A stretch of 64,000 bases of DNA from the NCBI GenBank assembly GCA_964016885.1, contig OZ024741.1, forward strand, positions 36,828,001 to 36,892,000. Direction: 5' to 3'. How positions within the stretch are numbered: the stretch's first letter is position 1; every line of letters begins with the position of its first letter. The notes beneath the pieces are model-generated. The model searched no databases and was not told the origin of the DNA. It saw only the letters and a list, made by a program, of their open reading frames with translations. The translations under genes and the position numbers were made by a program. Source of the DNA: Eledone cirrhosa (Eukaryota). Shown one piece after another: positions 43,514 through 55,900 of this stretch.

Positions 43514-46500
43514 GTTTCTTTTATTTGCCACTAGGGCATCAAAAGTGGGACAAGTACAAAGGGGGGAGTTTACATAAAAAGGCGTCCTCAGTAAGGAGGA
43601 GGCAATAACAAAATATAAAAATAAAATAAGATATAACAAAAAATAAAATTTTTAACATAATCCTCAATAGAGAGGAGGCGCCTTGGGGGGTCGCACACAC
43701 CCCCCAAAAAAGTGTGCAACCCTTTTCCTCAGGAGCACAGAGAGGGGGTGCTCCCTCGTTCCTTCCTCTTTTCCACCTACAGGCTCATGTAAAGAGAAGG
43801 CCCATTCACATGGGCCATTCTCGCCATTTTCACCCACCTTTCATAAAAACGACTGGGGTGCAGCACCTCTCTCTCCATCCTGATCCTTCTTCCGAAATGA
43901 TATCGGAAGAAACGGACCAGTTGTTGGCCAGAGAGAAAGGTGCCTGACCTCAGTCCTTTCAGACGCGTCCACCATACAACCTCTTTCGCCATGGCTATTA
44001 CGCACAGAAACACTGCCTCTGCTTCATCTTTGAAGGGGGGAGGCGGCTTGATCATTACAATAGACTCGGTGGTCAACCGGATCGGTCCCACCCTTGACAG
44101 CAGTTGTTCGACATAGCCCCACAGATCGGCTACGCCCGAGCAGTGTACCAATGCGTGTGCAACGGTTTCCTCGTCGCACACGCATCTGGGACAGATCTTT
44201 TTGGCGGGGTCCCTACCCGGGTGCCCATGTCTGTAGAGCCTTTCTCGAATGGGTAAAGCCCCTCGGTAGCACTGCCAGGCCAGGGACTTCTGGAAGTTGT
44301 TCATAGGTCCCGGGCTGAATGTCCTACCGAACAGGCTGGCCAGTTCGTCCTCCTCCATGTCTAGGGCTTCTCCGAGGGCGTCGTCGCACCTGCTGCGTAC
44401 CAGCCCTCTATAGAATGTTGCGGTGGAGTCTCCACTGATAACCGGATCCGCCTGCCAGAGGGCGGTGAGCGCCTGGGCACACTCAGTGTGCCAGGCGCCC
44501 AGTTTTCTCGGTCTTTGCTTGACCCAGGATTGCAGCTTGGTGAGTGAGACGAGTCTGGGAAAGGTTCGTCTCACAAACGAGGCCCACACCGGTTGTCCGG
44601 TGAGGAATACGTAGAGGTGCCGTAGCCTTAATGCGTGTTTACGCATCATTAGCCACGGCATCCCCAGCCCTCCTTTCGAAGGGTGTTGACAGCAGATGGA
44701 TCTCCTCACCATAGGAGCCCGCCTCTTCCAAAGGAATTGGAAGAGCGCGCGCTCCATCTTGGTGAGGGTTTCCCTTGGGCAGGGCACTACGGTCAGGCGG
44801 TAGTAGATGACGGACGCTATGTAGGTGTTCGCCACCTCCGCCCGACCTTTCAGGGATAGTTTGCAACTGGCCCACTTCTGGGTCAGTGCAAACACCCTGT
44901 TTGTAACCTCCGCCCAGTTTTTCTCCACCTGGAGGTCCGGTCCGAACCAGACCCCGAGCAACTTCACCGGGCCCTCCGTCCAGCGTCCGACGACGCCATC
45001 GGAGGGCATCGGTCTGCCCCTCCACGAGCCGAGTTGCAAACCGATCGACTTGTCCCGGTTCAGCTTAGCCCCTGTGAACTTTTCGTACTCCTCCAGTAAG
45101 GTGCCGACCGCCTCGATTTCGGAGGCCGTCGACACCATTACTGTCACGTCATCGGCGTAGGCCGACACCGCTTTCCGCAATCCCGGTTCCAAAGGGATGC
45201 CCTGCAACAACTCCAACTTCCGCAGTAGTGGCTCGAGAGTCAACACATACAGAAGGGAGGAGAGAGGGCACCCTTGTCGGATGGACCGCACGATTTTGAA
45301 CGGCTCCGAGAGGTAGCCGTTCACCTTGACCCTAGAGCAGATGCGGCTGCTGTGCATAGCAGTGATCCAGCCCCTGAAAACGGGTCCGAAGCCTGCCGCC
45401 GCTAGCACCGCATCCAGGTAACCATGGTCGACCCTATCGAACGCCTTAGATTGATCCAAGTTGATCAGAGCCCCACCAAAGCCGGGTTCGTTCCCAACCC
45501 TCTCTATGATGTATCGCATGAGGTGGAGGTTGTCATGGATGGACCTGGACGGGATAGCGCATGTCTGCGCATCTCCCACCAGGTTGCCCACGACAAGCGC
45601 CAACCTCTTTGCTAGCACCTTGGCCAAAATCTGTAACTCTGTATTTAGCAGAGTTATGGGCCTGGAGTTACTTATTTCGTCCCCCTTGTTCTCGTCCTTC
45701 CTCACTAGCGTGACTACGCCCTTGGTCACAGTACAGGGAATTCTCCCGTTCTGTTGCCAGTTACAGTAGACCGCCTCGAGGAGATCGGGGAACAAGTCCG
45801 GCATAGCTAGATATAATTCGTAAGGAAGACCATCGAGACCCGGGGATTTGCGTTTGCCGCATTGGCTCAGCACTTCCTCTATCTCAGCGGCCGAAATCGG
45901 ATCCTCGCAGGACTTTGCCTCCCTGTCCGAGAGGCGCGGCAGGCCGTCGAGGTATGGACCGAAGTCCACGTTCCCAACCGGCTCTCCGCCCCTCCCGAAC
46001 AGTTGGGCAAAGTGCCTTTGAAAGGCCTCACACATCTGCTTAGGCTCAAGAATCGCCCGTCCATCCAGGTCTCGCAAAGACCCGATGGTGGATTTAGTTC
46101 CACTGTTGGCCTCTGTCACGCGGGCCCAGCTAACAGCTTTGGTCCCCTCGTTCCCTAGAGCACGTATTTTACTTCGGACAACGCAGCCTTCGTGCTTCGC
46201 GTCGAAAAACTGGCTCAAAGCCGTTCTCGATGCTAGCACTCTGGCCACGCCGCCGCTTCTAATTGCCTCTTCTTCTCTATCTATTAGCTCCCTTTCCTTC
46301 CTATTCCTATCCGCAGCTAGAACCTTACTAAATTCTATCGAGACTACTCTAATCTCTCTCTTTAGAGATACCCACCACAAGGACAAGTTGAGCTTCCAGT
46401 AACCGGGGCCCTGTCTATGAGTTCTGTCAAGGTTGACCATGCAGGTCACTAATTTGTGGTCTGAATAGCCAACCATGCGCATTTTTGGACAACTTAAAAA

Positions 46501-46548
46501 GTCCTTATCCTTAATTCTAACTAAGAACCTATCTAGGTACGACCTAGA
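43514..46548 (-). mobile_element. L1-Tx1 clade LINE, 5'-truncated inside the endonuclease
   Basis: SYLDR...SDH end of APE, GPGYWKLN, KSPGLDG, DQSKAFD, RQGCPLS, AYADD, GGLG, C-terminal CxxC...H...C; AATAAA at 3' end; possible TSD ttagatat. Confidence 0.95.
43777..46482 (-). CDS. Tx1 ORF2 remnant (901 aa open: RT plus zinc knuckle; most of the endonuclease missing)
   Basis: ORF track and RT motifs. Confidence 0.85.
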   Translation of the reverse strand: MRMVGYSDHKLVTCMVNLDRTHRQGPGYWKLNLSLWWVSLKREIRVVSIEFSKVLAADRNRKERELIDREEEAIRSGGVARVLASRTALSQFFDAKHEGCVVRSKIRALGNEGTKAVSWARVTEANSGTKSTIGSLRDLDGRAILEPKQMCEAFQRHFAQLFGRGGEPVGNVDFGPYLDGLPRLSDREAKSCEDPISAAEIEEVLSQCGKRKSPGLDGLPYELYLAMPDLFPDLLEAVYCNWQQNGRIPCTVTKGVVTLVRKDENKGDEISNSRPITLLNTELQILAKVLAKRLALVVGNLVGDAQTCAIPSRSIHDNLHLMRYIIERVGNEPGFGGALINLDQSKAFDRVDHGYLDAVLAAAGFGPVFRGWITAMHSSRICSRVKVNGYLSEPFKIVRSIRQGCPLSSLLYVLTLEPLLRKLELLQGIPLEPGLRKAVSAYADDVTVMVSTASEIEAVGTLLEEYEKFTGAKLNRDKSIGLQLGSWRGRPMPSDGVVGRWTEGPVKLLGVWFGPDLQVEKNWAEVTNRVFALTQKWASCKLSLKGRAEVANTYIASVIYYRLTVVPCPRETLTKMERALFQFLWKRRAPMVRRSICCQHPSKGGLGMPWLMMRKHALRLRHLYVFLTGQPVWASFVRRTFPRLVSLTKLQSWVKQRPRKLGAWHTECAQALTALWQADPVISGDSTATFYRGLVRSRCDDALGEALDMEEDELASLFGRTFSPGPMNNFQKSLAWQCYRGALPIRERLYRHGHPGRDPAKKICPRCVCDEETVAHALVHCSGVADLWGYVEQLLSRVGPIRLTTESIVMIKPPPPFKDEAEAVFLCVIAMAKEVVWWTRLKGLRSGTFLSGQQLVRFFRYHFGRRIRMEREVLHPSRFYERWVKMARMAHVNGPSLYMSL

Positions 46549-46919
46549 TTAGATATTAGAATAGTTATATGAGATATTAGAATAGTTATATTAGATATTA
46601 GTACTAGTTATATTAGATATTAGTACTAGTTATATTAGATATTAGAATAGTTATATTAGATATTAGAATAGTTATATTAAATATTAGTATAGTTATGTGA
46701 GATATTAGAATAGTTATGTGAGATATTAGAATGGTTATATTAGATCTTAGTACTAGTTATATTAGATATTAGTACTAGTTATATTAGATATTAGTACTAG
46801 TTATATTAGATATTAGAATAGTTATATTAGATATTAGAATAGTTATATTAGATATTAGAATAGTTATATTAGATATTAGTACTAGTTATATTAGATATTA
46901 GTACTAGTTATATTAGATA
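46549..46919. repeat. 21/22-bp satellite between Tx1 and the Helitron array
   Basis: Same unit as the left block. Confidence 0.95.
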
Positions 46920-49900
46920 CTAGCAGTAAAGCCCGGCGTTGCTCGGGGTCGCTCAGTAGCTGTGGTAAAGTTACAATGTTAAGTTTCTTTTTTGGCTTAA
47001 AAACTGTAGTGTCTACTGTGCAGACTTGCATGTGGTGTTTTTGATTAATATTCCCTCAACCAACAATATGCCTTATGAAGTTAAGAAAACATAACGATAA
47101 CCCGAATGTTATAACAAAAGAGGATGCTGGGGATAAAAACTGCACTGGTTATTTATTAACAAAGATCGAAAATGTAAACACTGCAACGCAGAGAAAAACA
47201 ACGTAAGACGCTCAATGTAAACAGAACAAAGGGAAATAACTCGTCACTTACGCTCAAAAATCGATACATTAGATTCGATTTCGTAACATAGGGTGGGTCA
47301 ATTTGAAATATTTTTTTTCCAATGTCTTCGCTAGGGCTCAATATACAAGTATAGCAATTTCGGTTCAATTCCGTGAGAGATTCTAAGAGGAGATGTGTGC
47401 CAAAAATCGATAGACAGACAGACAACCACAGCTTTATATATATAGATTAGTACTAGTTATATTAGATATTAGAATAGTTATATTAGATATTAGAATAGTT
47501 ATATTAGATACTAGCAGTAAAGCCCGGCGTTGCTCGGGGTCGCTCAGTAGCTGTGTTAAAGTTACAATGTTAAGTTTCTTTCTTGGCTTAAAAACTGTAG
47601 TGTCTACTGTGCAGACTTGCATGTGGTGTTTTTGATTAATATTCCCTCAACCAACAATATGCCTTATGAAGTTAAGAAAACATAACGATAACCCGAATGT
47701 TATAACAAAAGAGGATGCTGGGGATAGAAACTGCACTGGTTATTTATTAACAAAGATCGAAAATGTAAACACTGCAACGCAGAGAAAAACATTAGCGTAA
47801 CCAAATTATCAGTTATGTCTGTCTGCACGCCTATATCACCTCTCTGCACGACTATCTGTCTGCACGCCTATATCACCTCTCTGCACGACTGTCTGTCTGC
47901 ACGCCTATATCACCTCTCTGCACGACTTTCTGTCTGCACGCCTATATCACCTCTCTGCACGACTATCTGTCTGCACGTGTATATCACCTCTCTGCACGAC
48001 TGTCTGACTGCACGACTGTCTGTCTGCACGCCTAACGACGAAATATTTGCTTGTTTTACGTAGTCTTTAAATAGACTTGTTTTCAAGTAAAAATATTGTT
48101 TTAAAATGCTTTTAAATGGAAATGAAGCAAAACGGAAGCTTAGTGTTCGAACTGATGAATTTTGCAGGTCAATATTTTGCTGGCTCGACAACTGTTCGTG
48201 TATTGTGTTAATGTCATTTTAAACGCTGAGAAAGCCAGCGTAATTTTTTACGTAAGACGCTCAATGTAAACAGAACAAAGGGAAATAACTCGTCACTTAC
48301 GCTCAAAAATCGATACATTAGATTCGATTTCGTAACATAGGGTGGGTCAATTTGAAATATTTTTTTTCCAATGTCTTCGCTAGGGCTCAATGTACAAGTA
48401 TAGCAATTTCGGTTCAATTCCGTGAGAGATTCTAAGAGGAGATGTGTGCCAAAAATCGATAGACAGACAGACAACCACAGCTTTATATATATAGATTAGT
48501 ATAGTTATATTAGATATTAGAATAGTTATATGAGATATTAGAATAGTTATATTAGATATTAGTACTAGTTATATTAGATATTGGTACTAGTTATATTAGA
48601 TATTAGTACTAGTTATATTAGATATTAGAATAGTTATATTAGATATTAGAATAGTTATATTAGATACTAGCAGTAAAGCCCGGCGTTGCTCGGGGTCGCT
48701 CAGTAGCTGTGTTAAAGTTACAATGTTAAGTTTCTTTTTTGGCTTAAAAACTGTAATGTCTACTGTGCAGACTTGCATGTGGTGTTTTTGATTAATATTC
48801 CCTCAACCAACAATATGCCTTATGAAGTTAAGAAAACATAACGATAACCCGAATGTTATAACAAAAGAGGATGCTGGGGATAAAAACTGCACTGGTTATT
48901 TATTAACAAAGATCGAAAATGTAAACACTGCAACGCAGAGAAAAACATTAGCGTAACCAAATTATCAGTTATGTCTGTCTGCACGCCTATATCACCTCTC
49001 TGCACGACTGTCTGTCTGCACGCCTATATCACCTCTCTGCACGACTGTCTGTCTGCACGCCTAACGACGAAATATTTGCTTGTTTTACGTAGTCTTTAAA
49101 TAGACTTGTTTTCAAGTAAAAATATTGTTTTAAAATGCTTTTAAATGGAAATGAAGCAAAACGGAAGCTTAGTGTTCGAACTGATGAATTTTGCAGGTCA
49201 ATATTTTGCTGGCTCGACAACTGTTAAAGCCAGCGTAATTTTTTACGTAAGACGCTCAATGTAAACAGAACAAAGGGAAATAACTGATAACTTACGCTCA
49301 AAAATCGATACATTATATTCGATTTCGTCACATAGGGTGGGTCAATTTAAAATTTTTTTTTTCCGATGTCTTCGCTAGGGCTCAATGTACAAGTATAGCA
49401 ATTTCGGTGCAATTCCGCGAGAGATTCTAAGAGGAGATGTGTGCCAAAAATCGATAGACAGACAGACAACCACAGTTTTATATATATAGATTAGAATAGT
49501 TATATTAAATATTAGTATAGTTATATGAGATATTAGAATAGTTATATTAGATACTAGCAGTAAAGCCCGGCGTTGCTCGGGGTCGCTCAGTAGCTGTGTT
49601 AAAGTTACAATGTTAAGTTTCTTTTTTGGCTTAAAAACTGTAATGTCTACTGTGCAGACTTGCATGTGGTGTTTTTGATTAATATTCCCTCAACCAAGAA
49701 TATGCCTTATGAAGTTAAGAAAACATAACGATAACCCGAATGTTATAACAAAAGAGGATGCTGGGGATAAAAACTGCACTGGTTATTTATTAACAAAGAT
49801 CGAAAATGTAAACACTGCAACGCAGAGAAAAACATTAGCGTAACCAAATTATCAGTTATGTCTGTCTGCACGCCTATATCACCTCTCTGCACGACTGTCT

Positions 49901-52900
49901 GTCTGCACGCCTATATCACCTCTCTGCACGACTGTCTGTCTGCACGCCTATATCACCTCTCTGCACGACTGTCTGTCTGCACGCCTAACGACGAAATATT
50001 TGCTTGTTTTACGTAGTCTTTAAATAGACTTGTTTTCAAGTAAAAATATTGTTTTAAAATGCTTTTAAATGGAAATGAAGCAAAACGGAAGCTTAGTGTT
50101 CGAACTGATGAATTTTGCAGGTCAATATTTTGCTGGCTCGACAACTGTTAAAGCCAGCGTAATTTTTTACGTAAGACGCTCAATGTAAACAGAACAAAGG
50201 GAAATAACTGATAACTTACGCTCAAAAATCGATACATTATATTCGATTTCGTCACATAGGGTGGGTCAATTTAAAATTTTTTTTTTCCGATGTCTTCGCT
50301 AGGGCTCAATGTACAAGTATAGCAATTTCGGTGCAATTCCGCGAGAGATTCTAAGAGGAGATGTGTGCCAAAAATCGATAGACAGACAGACAACCACAGT
50401 TTTATATATATAGATTAGAATAGTTATATTAAATATTAGTATAGTTATATGAGATATTAGAATAGTTATATTAGATACTAGCAGTAAAGCCCGGCGTTGC
50501 TCGGGGTCGCTCAGTAGCTGTGTTAAAGTTACAATGTTAAGTTTCTTTTTTGGCTTAAAAACTGTAATGTCTACTGTGCAGACTTGCATGTGGTGTTTTT
50601 GATTAATATTCCCTCAACCAACAATATGCCTTATGAAGTTAAGAAAACATAACGATAACCCGAATGTTATAACAAAAGAGGATGCTGGGGATAAAAACTG
50701 CACTGGTTATTTATTAACAAAGATCGAAAATGTAAACACTGCAACGCAGAGAAAAACATTAGCGTAACCAAATTATCAGTTATGTCTGTCTGCACGCCTA
50801 TATCACCTCTCTGCACGACTGTCTGTCTGCACGCCTATATCACCTCTCTGCACGACTGTCTGTCTGCACGCCTATATCACCTCTCTGCACGACTGTCTGT
50901 CTGCACGCCTAACGACGAAATATTTGCTTGTTTTACGTAGTCTTTAAATAGACTTGTTTTCAAGTAAAAATATTGTTTTAAAATGCTTTTAAATGGAAAT
51001 GAAGCAAAACGGAAGCTTAGTGTTCGAACTGATGAATTTTGCAGGTCAATATTTTGCTGGCTCGACAACTGTTAAAGCCAGCGTAATTTTTTACGTAAGA
51101 CGCTCAATGTAAACAGAACAAAGGGAAATAACTGATAACTTACGCTCAAAAATCGATACATTATATTCGATTTCGTCACATAGGGTGGGTCAATTTAAAA
51201 TTTTTTTTTTCCGATGTCTTCGCTAGGGCTCAATGTACAAGTATAGCAATTTCGGTGCAATTCCGCGAGAGATTCTAAGAGGAGATGTGTGCCAAAAATC
51301 GATAGACAGACAGACAACCACAGTTTTATATATATAGATTAGAATAGTTATATTAAATATTAGTATAGTTATATGAGATATTAGAATAGTTATATTACAT
51401 ACTAGCAGTAAAGCCCGGCGTTGCTCGGGGTCGCTCAGTAGCTGTGTTAAAGTTACAATGTTAAGTTTCTTTTTTGGCTTAAAAACTGTAATGTCTACTG
51501 TGCAGACTTGCATGTGGTGTTTTTGATTAATATTCCCTCAACCAACAATATGCCTTATGAAGTTAAGAAAACATAACGATAACCTGAATGTTATAACAAA
51601 AGAGGATGCTGGGGATAAAAACTGCACTGGTTATTTATTAACAAAGATCGAAAATGTAAACACTGCAACGCAGAGAAAAACATTAGCGTAACCAAATTAT
51701 CAGTTATGTCTGTCTGCACGCCTATATCACCTCTCTGCACGACTGTCTGTCTGCACGCCTATATCACCTCTCTGCACGACTGTCTGTCTGCACCCCTATA
51801 TCACCTCTCTGCACGACTATCTGTCTGCACGCCTATATCACCTCTCTGCACGACTATCTGTCTGCACGCCTACATCACCTTTCTGCACGACTGTCTGTCT
51901 GCACGACTGTCTGTCTGCACGCCTAACGACGAAATATTTGCTTGTTTTACATAGTCTTTAAATAGACTTGTTTTCAAGTAAAAATATTGTTTTAAAATGC
52001 TTTTAAATGGAAATGAAGCAAAACGGAAGCTTAGTGTTCGAACTGATGAATTTTGCAGGTCAATATTTTGCTGGCTCGACAACTGTTAAAGCCAGCGTTA
52101 TTTTTTACGTAAGACGCTCAATGTAAACAGAACAAAGGGAAATAACTGATAACTTACGCTCAAAAATCGATACATTATATTCGATTTCGTCACATAGGGT
52201 GGGTCAATTTGAAATATTTTTTTCCAATGTCTTCGCTAGGGCTCAATGTACAAGTATAGCAATTTCGGTGCAATTCCGTGAGAGATTCTAAGAGGAGATG
52301 TGTGCCAAAAATCGATAGACAGACAGACAACCACAGTTTTATATATATAGATTAGAATAGTTATATTAGATACTAGCAGTAAAGCCCGGCGTTGCTCGGG
52401 GTCGCTCAGTAGCTGTGTTAAAGTTACAATGTTAAGTTTCTTTCTTGGCTTAAAAACTGTAGTGTCTACTGTGCAGACTTGCATGTGGTGTTTTTGATTA
52501 ATATTCCCTCAACCAACAATATGCCTTATGAAGTTAAGAAAACATAACGATAACCCGAATGTTATAACAAAAGAGGATGCTGGGGATAAAAACTGCACTG
52601 GTTATTTATTAACAAAGATCGAAAATGTAAACACTGCAACGCAGAGAAAAACATTAGCGTAACCAAATTATCAGTTATGTCTGTCTGCACGACTATATCA
52701 CCTCTCTGCACGACTATCTGTCTGCACGCCTATATCACCTCTCTGCACGACTGTCTGTCTGCACGCCTATATCACCTCTCTGCACGACTATCTGTCTGCA
52801 CGCGTATATCACCCCTCTGCACGACTGTCTGTCTGCACGACTGTCTGTCTGCACGCCTAACGACGAAATATTTGCTTGTTTTACGTAGTCTTTAAATAGA

Positions 52901-55900
52901 CTTGTTTTCAAGTAAAAATATTGTTTTAAAATGCTTTTAAATGGAAATGAAGCAAAACGGAAGTTTAGTGTTCGAACTGATGAATTTTGCAGGTATGCCT
53001 TATGAAGTTAAGAAAACATAACGATAACCCGAATGTTATAACAAAAGAGGATGCTGGGGATAGAAACTGCACTGGTTATTTATTAAAAAAGATCGAAAAT
53101 GTAAACACTGCAACGCAGAGAAAAACATTAGCGTAACCAAATTATCAGTTATGTCTGTCTGCACGCCTATATCACCTCTCTGCACGACTGTCTGTCTGCA
53201 CGCCTATATCACCTCTCTGCACGACTATCTGTCTGCACGCCTATATCACCTCTCTGCACGACTATCTGTCTGCACGCGTATATCACCTCTCTGCACGACT
53301 GTCTGTCTGCACGACTGTCTGTCTGCACGCCTAACGACGAAATATTTGCTTGTTTTACGTAGTCTTTAAATAGACTTGTTTTCAAGTAAAAATATTGTTT
53401 TAAAATGCTTTTAAATGTAAATGAAGCAAAACGGAAGCCTAGTGTTCGAACTGATGAATTTTGCAGGTCAATATTTTGCTGGCTCGACAACTGTTAAAGC
53501 CAGCGTAATTTTTTACGTAAGACGCTCAATGTAAACAGAACAAAGGGAAATAACTGATAACTTACGCTCAGAAATCGATACATTATATTCGATTTCGTCA
53601 CATAGGGTGGGTCAATTTGAAATATTTTTTTTTCCGATGTCTTCGCTAGGGCTCAATGTACAAGTATAGCAATTTCGGTGCAATTCCGTGAGAGATTCTA
53701 AGAGGAGATGTGTGCCAAAAATCGATAGACAGACAGACAACCACAGTTTTATATATATAGATTACTAGCAGTAAAGCCCGGCGTTGCTCGGGGTCGCTCA
53801 GTAGCTGTGTTAAAGTTACAATGTTAAGTTTCTTTCTTGGCTTAAAAACTGTAGTGTCTACTGTGCAGACTTGCATGTGGTGTTTTTGATTAATATTCCC
53901 TCAACCAACAATATGCCTTATGAAGTTAAGAAAACATAACGATAACCCGAATGTTATAACAAAAGAGGATGCTGGGGATAAAAACTGCACTGGTTATTTA
54001 TTAAAAAAGATCGAAAATGTAAACACTGCAACGCAGAGAAAAACATTAGCGTAACCAAATTATCAGTTATGTCTGTCTGCACGCCTATATCACCTCTCTG
54101 CACGACTGTCTGTCTGCACGCCTATATCACCTCTCTGCACGACTATCTGTCTGCACGCCTATATCACCTCTCTGCACGACTATCTGTCTGCACGCGTATA
54201 TCACCTCTCTGCACGACTGTCTGTCTGCACGACTGTCTGTCTGCACGCCTAACGACGAAATATTTGCTTGTTTTACGTAGTCTTTAAATAGACTTGTTTT
54301 CAAGTAAAAATATTGTTTTAAAATGCTTTTAAATGTAAATGAAGCAAAACGGAAGCCTAGTGTTCGAACTGATGAATTTTGCAGGTCAATATTTTGCTGG
54401 CTCGACAACTGTTAAAGCCAGCGTAATTTTTTACGTAAGACGCTCAATGTAAACAGAACAAAGGGAAATAACTGATAACTTACGCTCAGAAATCGATACA
54501 TTATATTCGATTTCGTCACATAGGGTGGGTCAATTTGAAATATTTTTTTTTCCGATGTCTTCGCTAGGGCTCAATGTACAAGTATAGCAATTTCGGTGCA
54601 ATTCCGTGAGAGATTCTAAGAGGAGATGTGTGCCAAAAATCGATAGACAGACAGACAACCACAGTTTTATATATATAGATTACTAGCAGTAAAGCCCGGC
54701 GTTGCTCGGGGTCGCTCAGTAGCTGTGTTAAAGTTACAATGTTAAGTTTCTTTCTTGGCTTAAAAACTGTAGTGTCTACTGTGCAGACTTGCATGTGGTG
54801 TTTTTGATTAATATTCCCTCAACCAACAATATGCCTTATGAAGTTAAGAAAACATAACGATAACCCGAATGTTATAACAAAAGAGGATGCTGGGGATAAA
54901 AACTGCACTGGTTATTTATTAACAAAGATCGAAAATGTAAACACTGCAACGCAGAGAAAAACATTAGCGTAACCAAATTATCAGTTATGTCTGTCTGCAC
55001 GCCTATATCACCTCTCTGCACGACTATCTGTCTGCACGCCTATATCACCTCTCTGCACGACTGTCTGTCTGCACGCCTATATCACCTCTCTGCACGACTA
55101 TCTGTCTGCACGCGTATATCACCCCTCTGCACGACTGTCTGTCTGCACGACTGTCTGTCTGCACGCCTAACGACGAAATATTTGCTTGTTTTACGTAGTC
55201 TTTAAATAGACTTGTTTTCAAGTAAAAATATTGTTTTAAAATGCTTTTAAATGGAAATGAAGCAAAACGGAAGTTTAGTGTTCGAACTGATGAATTTTGC
55301 AGGTATGCCTTATGAAGTTAAGAAAACATAACGATAACCCGAATGTTATAACAAAAGAGGATGCTGGGGATAGAAACTGCACTGGTTATTTATTAAAAAA
55401 GATCGAAAATGTAAACACTGCAACGCAGAGAAAAACATTAGCGTAACCAAATTATCAGTTATGTCTGTCTGCACGCCTATATCACCTCTCTGCACGACTG
55501 TCTGTCTGCACGCCTATATCACCTCTCTGCACGACTATCTGTCTGCACGCCTATATCACCTCTCTGCACGACTATCTGTCTGCACGCGTATATCACCTCT
55601 CTGCACGACTGTCTGTCTGCACGACTGTCTGTCTGCACGCCTAACGACGAAATATTTGCTTGTTTTACGTAGTCTTTAAATAGACTTGTTTTCAAGTAAA
55701 AATATTGTTTTAAAATGCTTTTAAATGTAAATGAAGCAAAACGGAAGCCTAGTGTTCGAACTGATGAATTTTGCAGGTCAATATTTTGCTGGCTCGACAA
55801 CTGTTAAAGCCAGCGTAATTTTTTACGTAAGACGCTCAATGTAAACAGAACAAAGGGAAATAACTGATAACTTACGCTCAGAAATCGATACATTATATTC

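Noticed and set aside
43514-46548. Horizontal transfer or contamination suggested by high GC
   Set aside because: Explained by a young Tx1 LINE with clean junctions in host satellite
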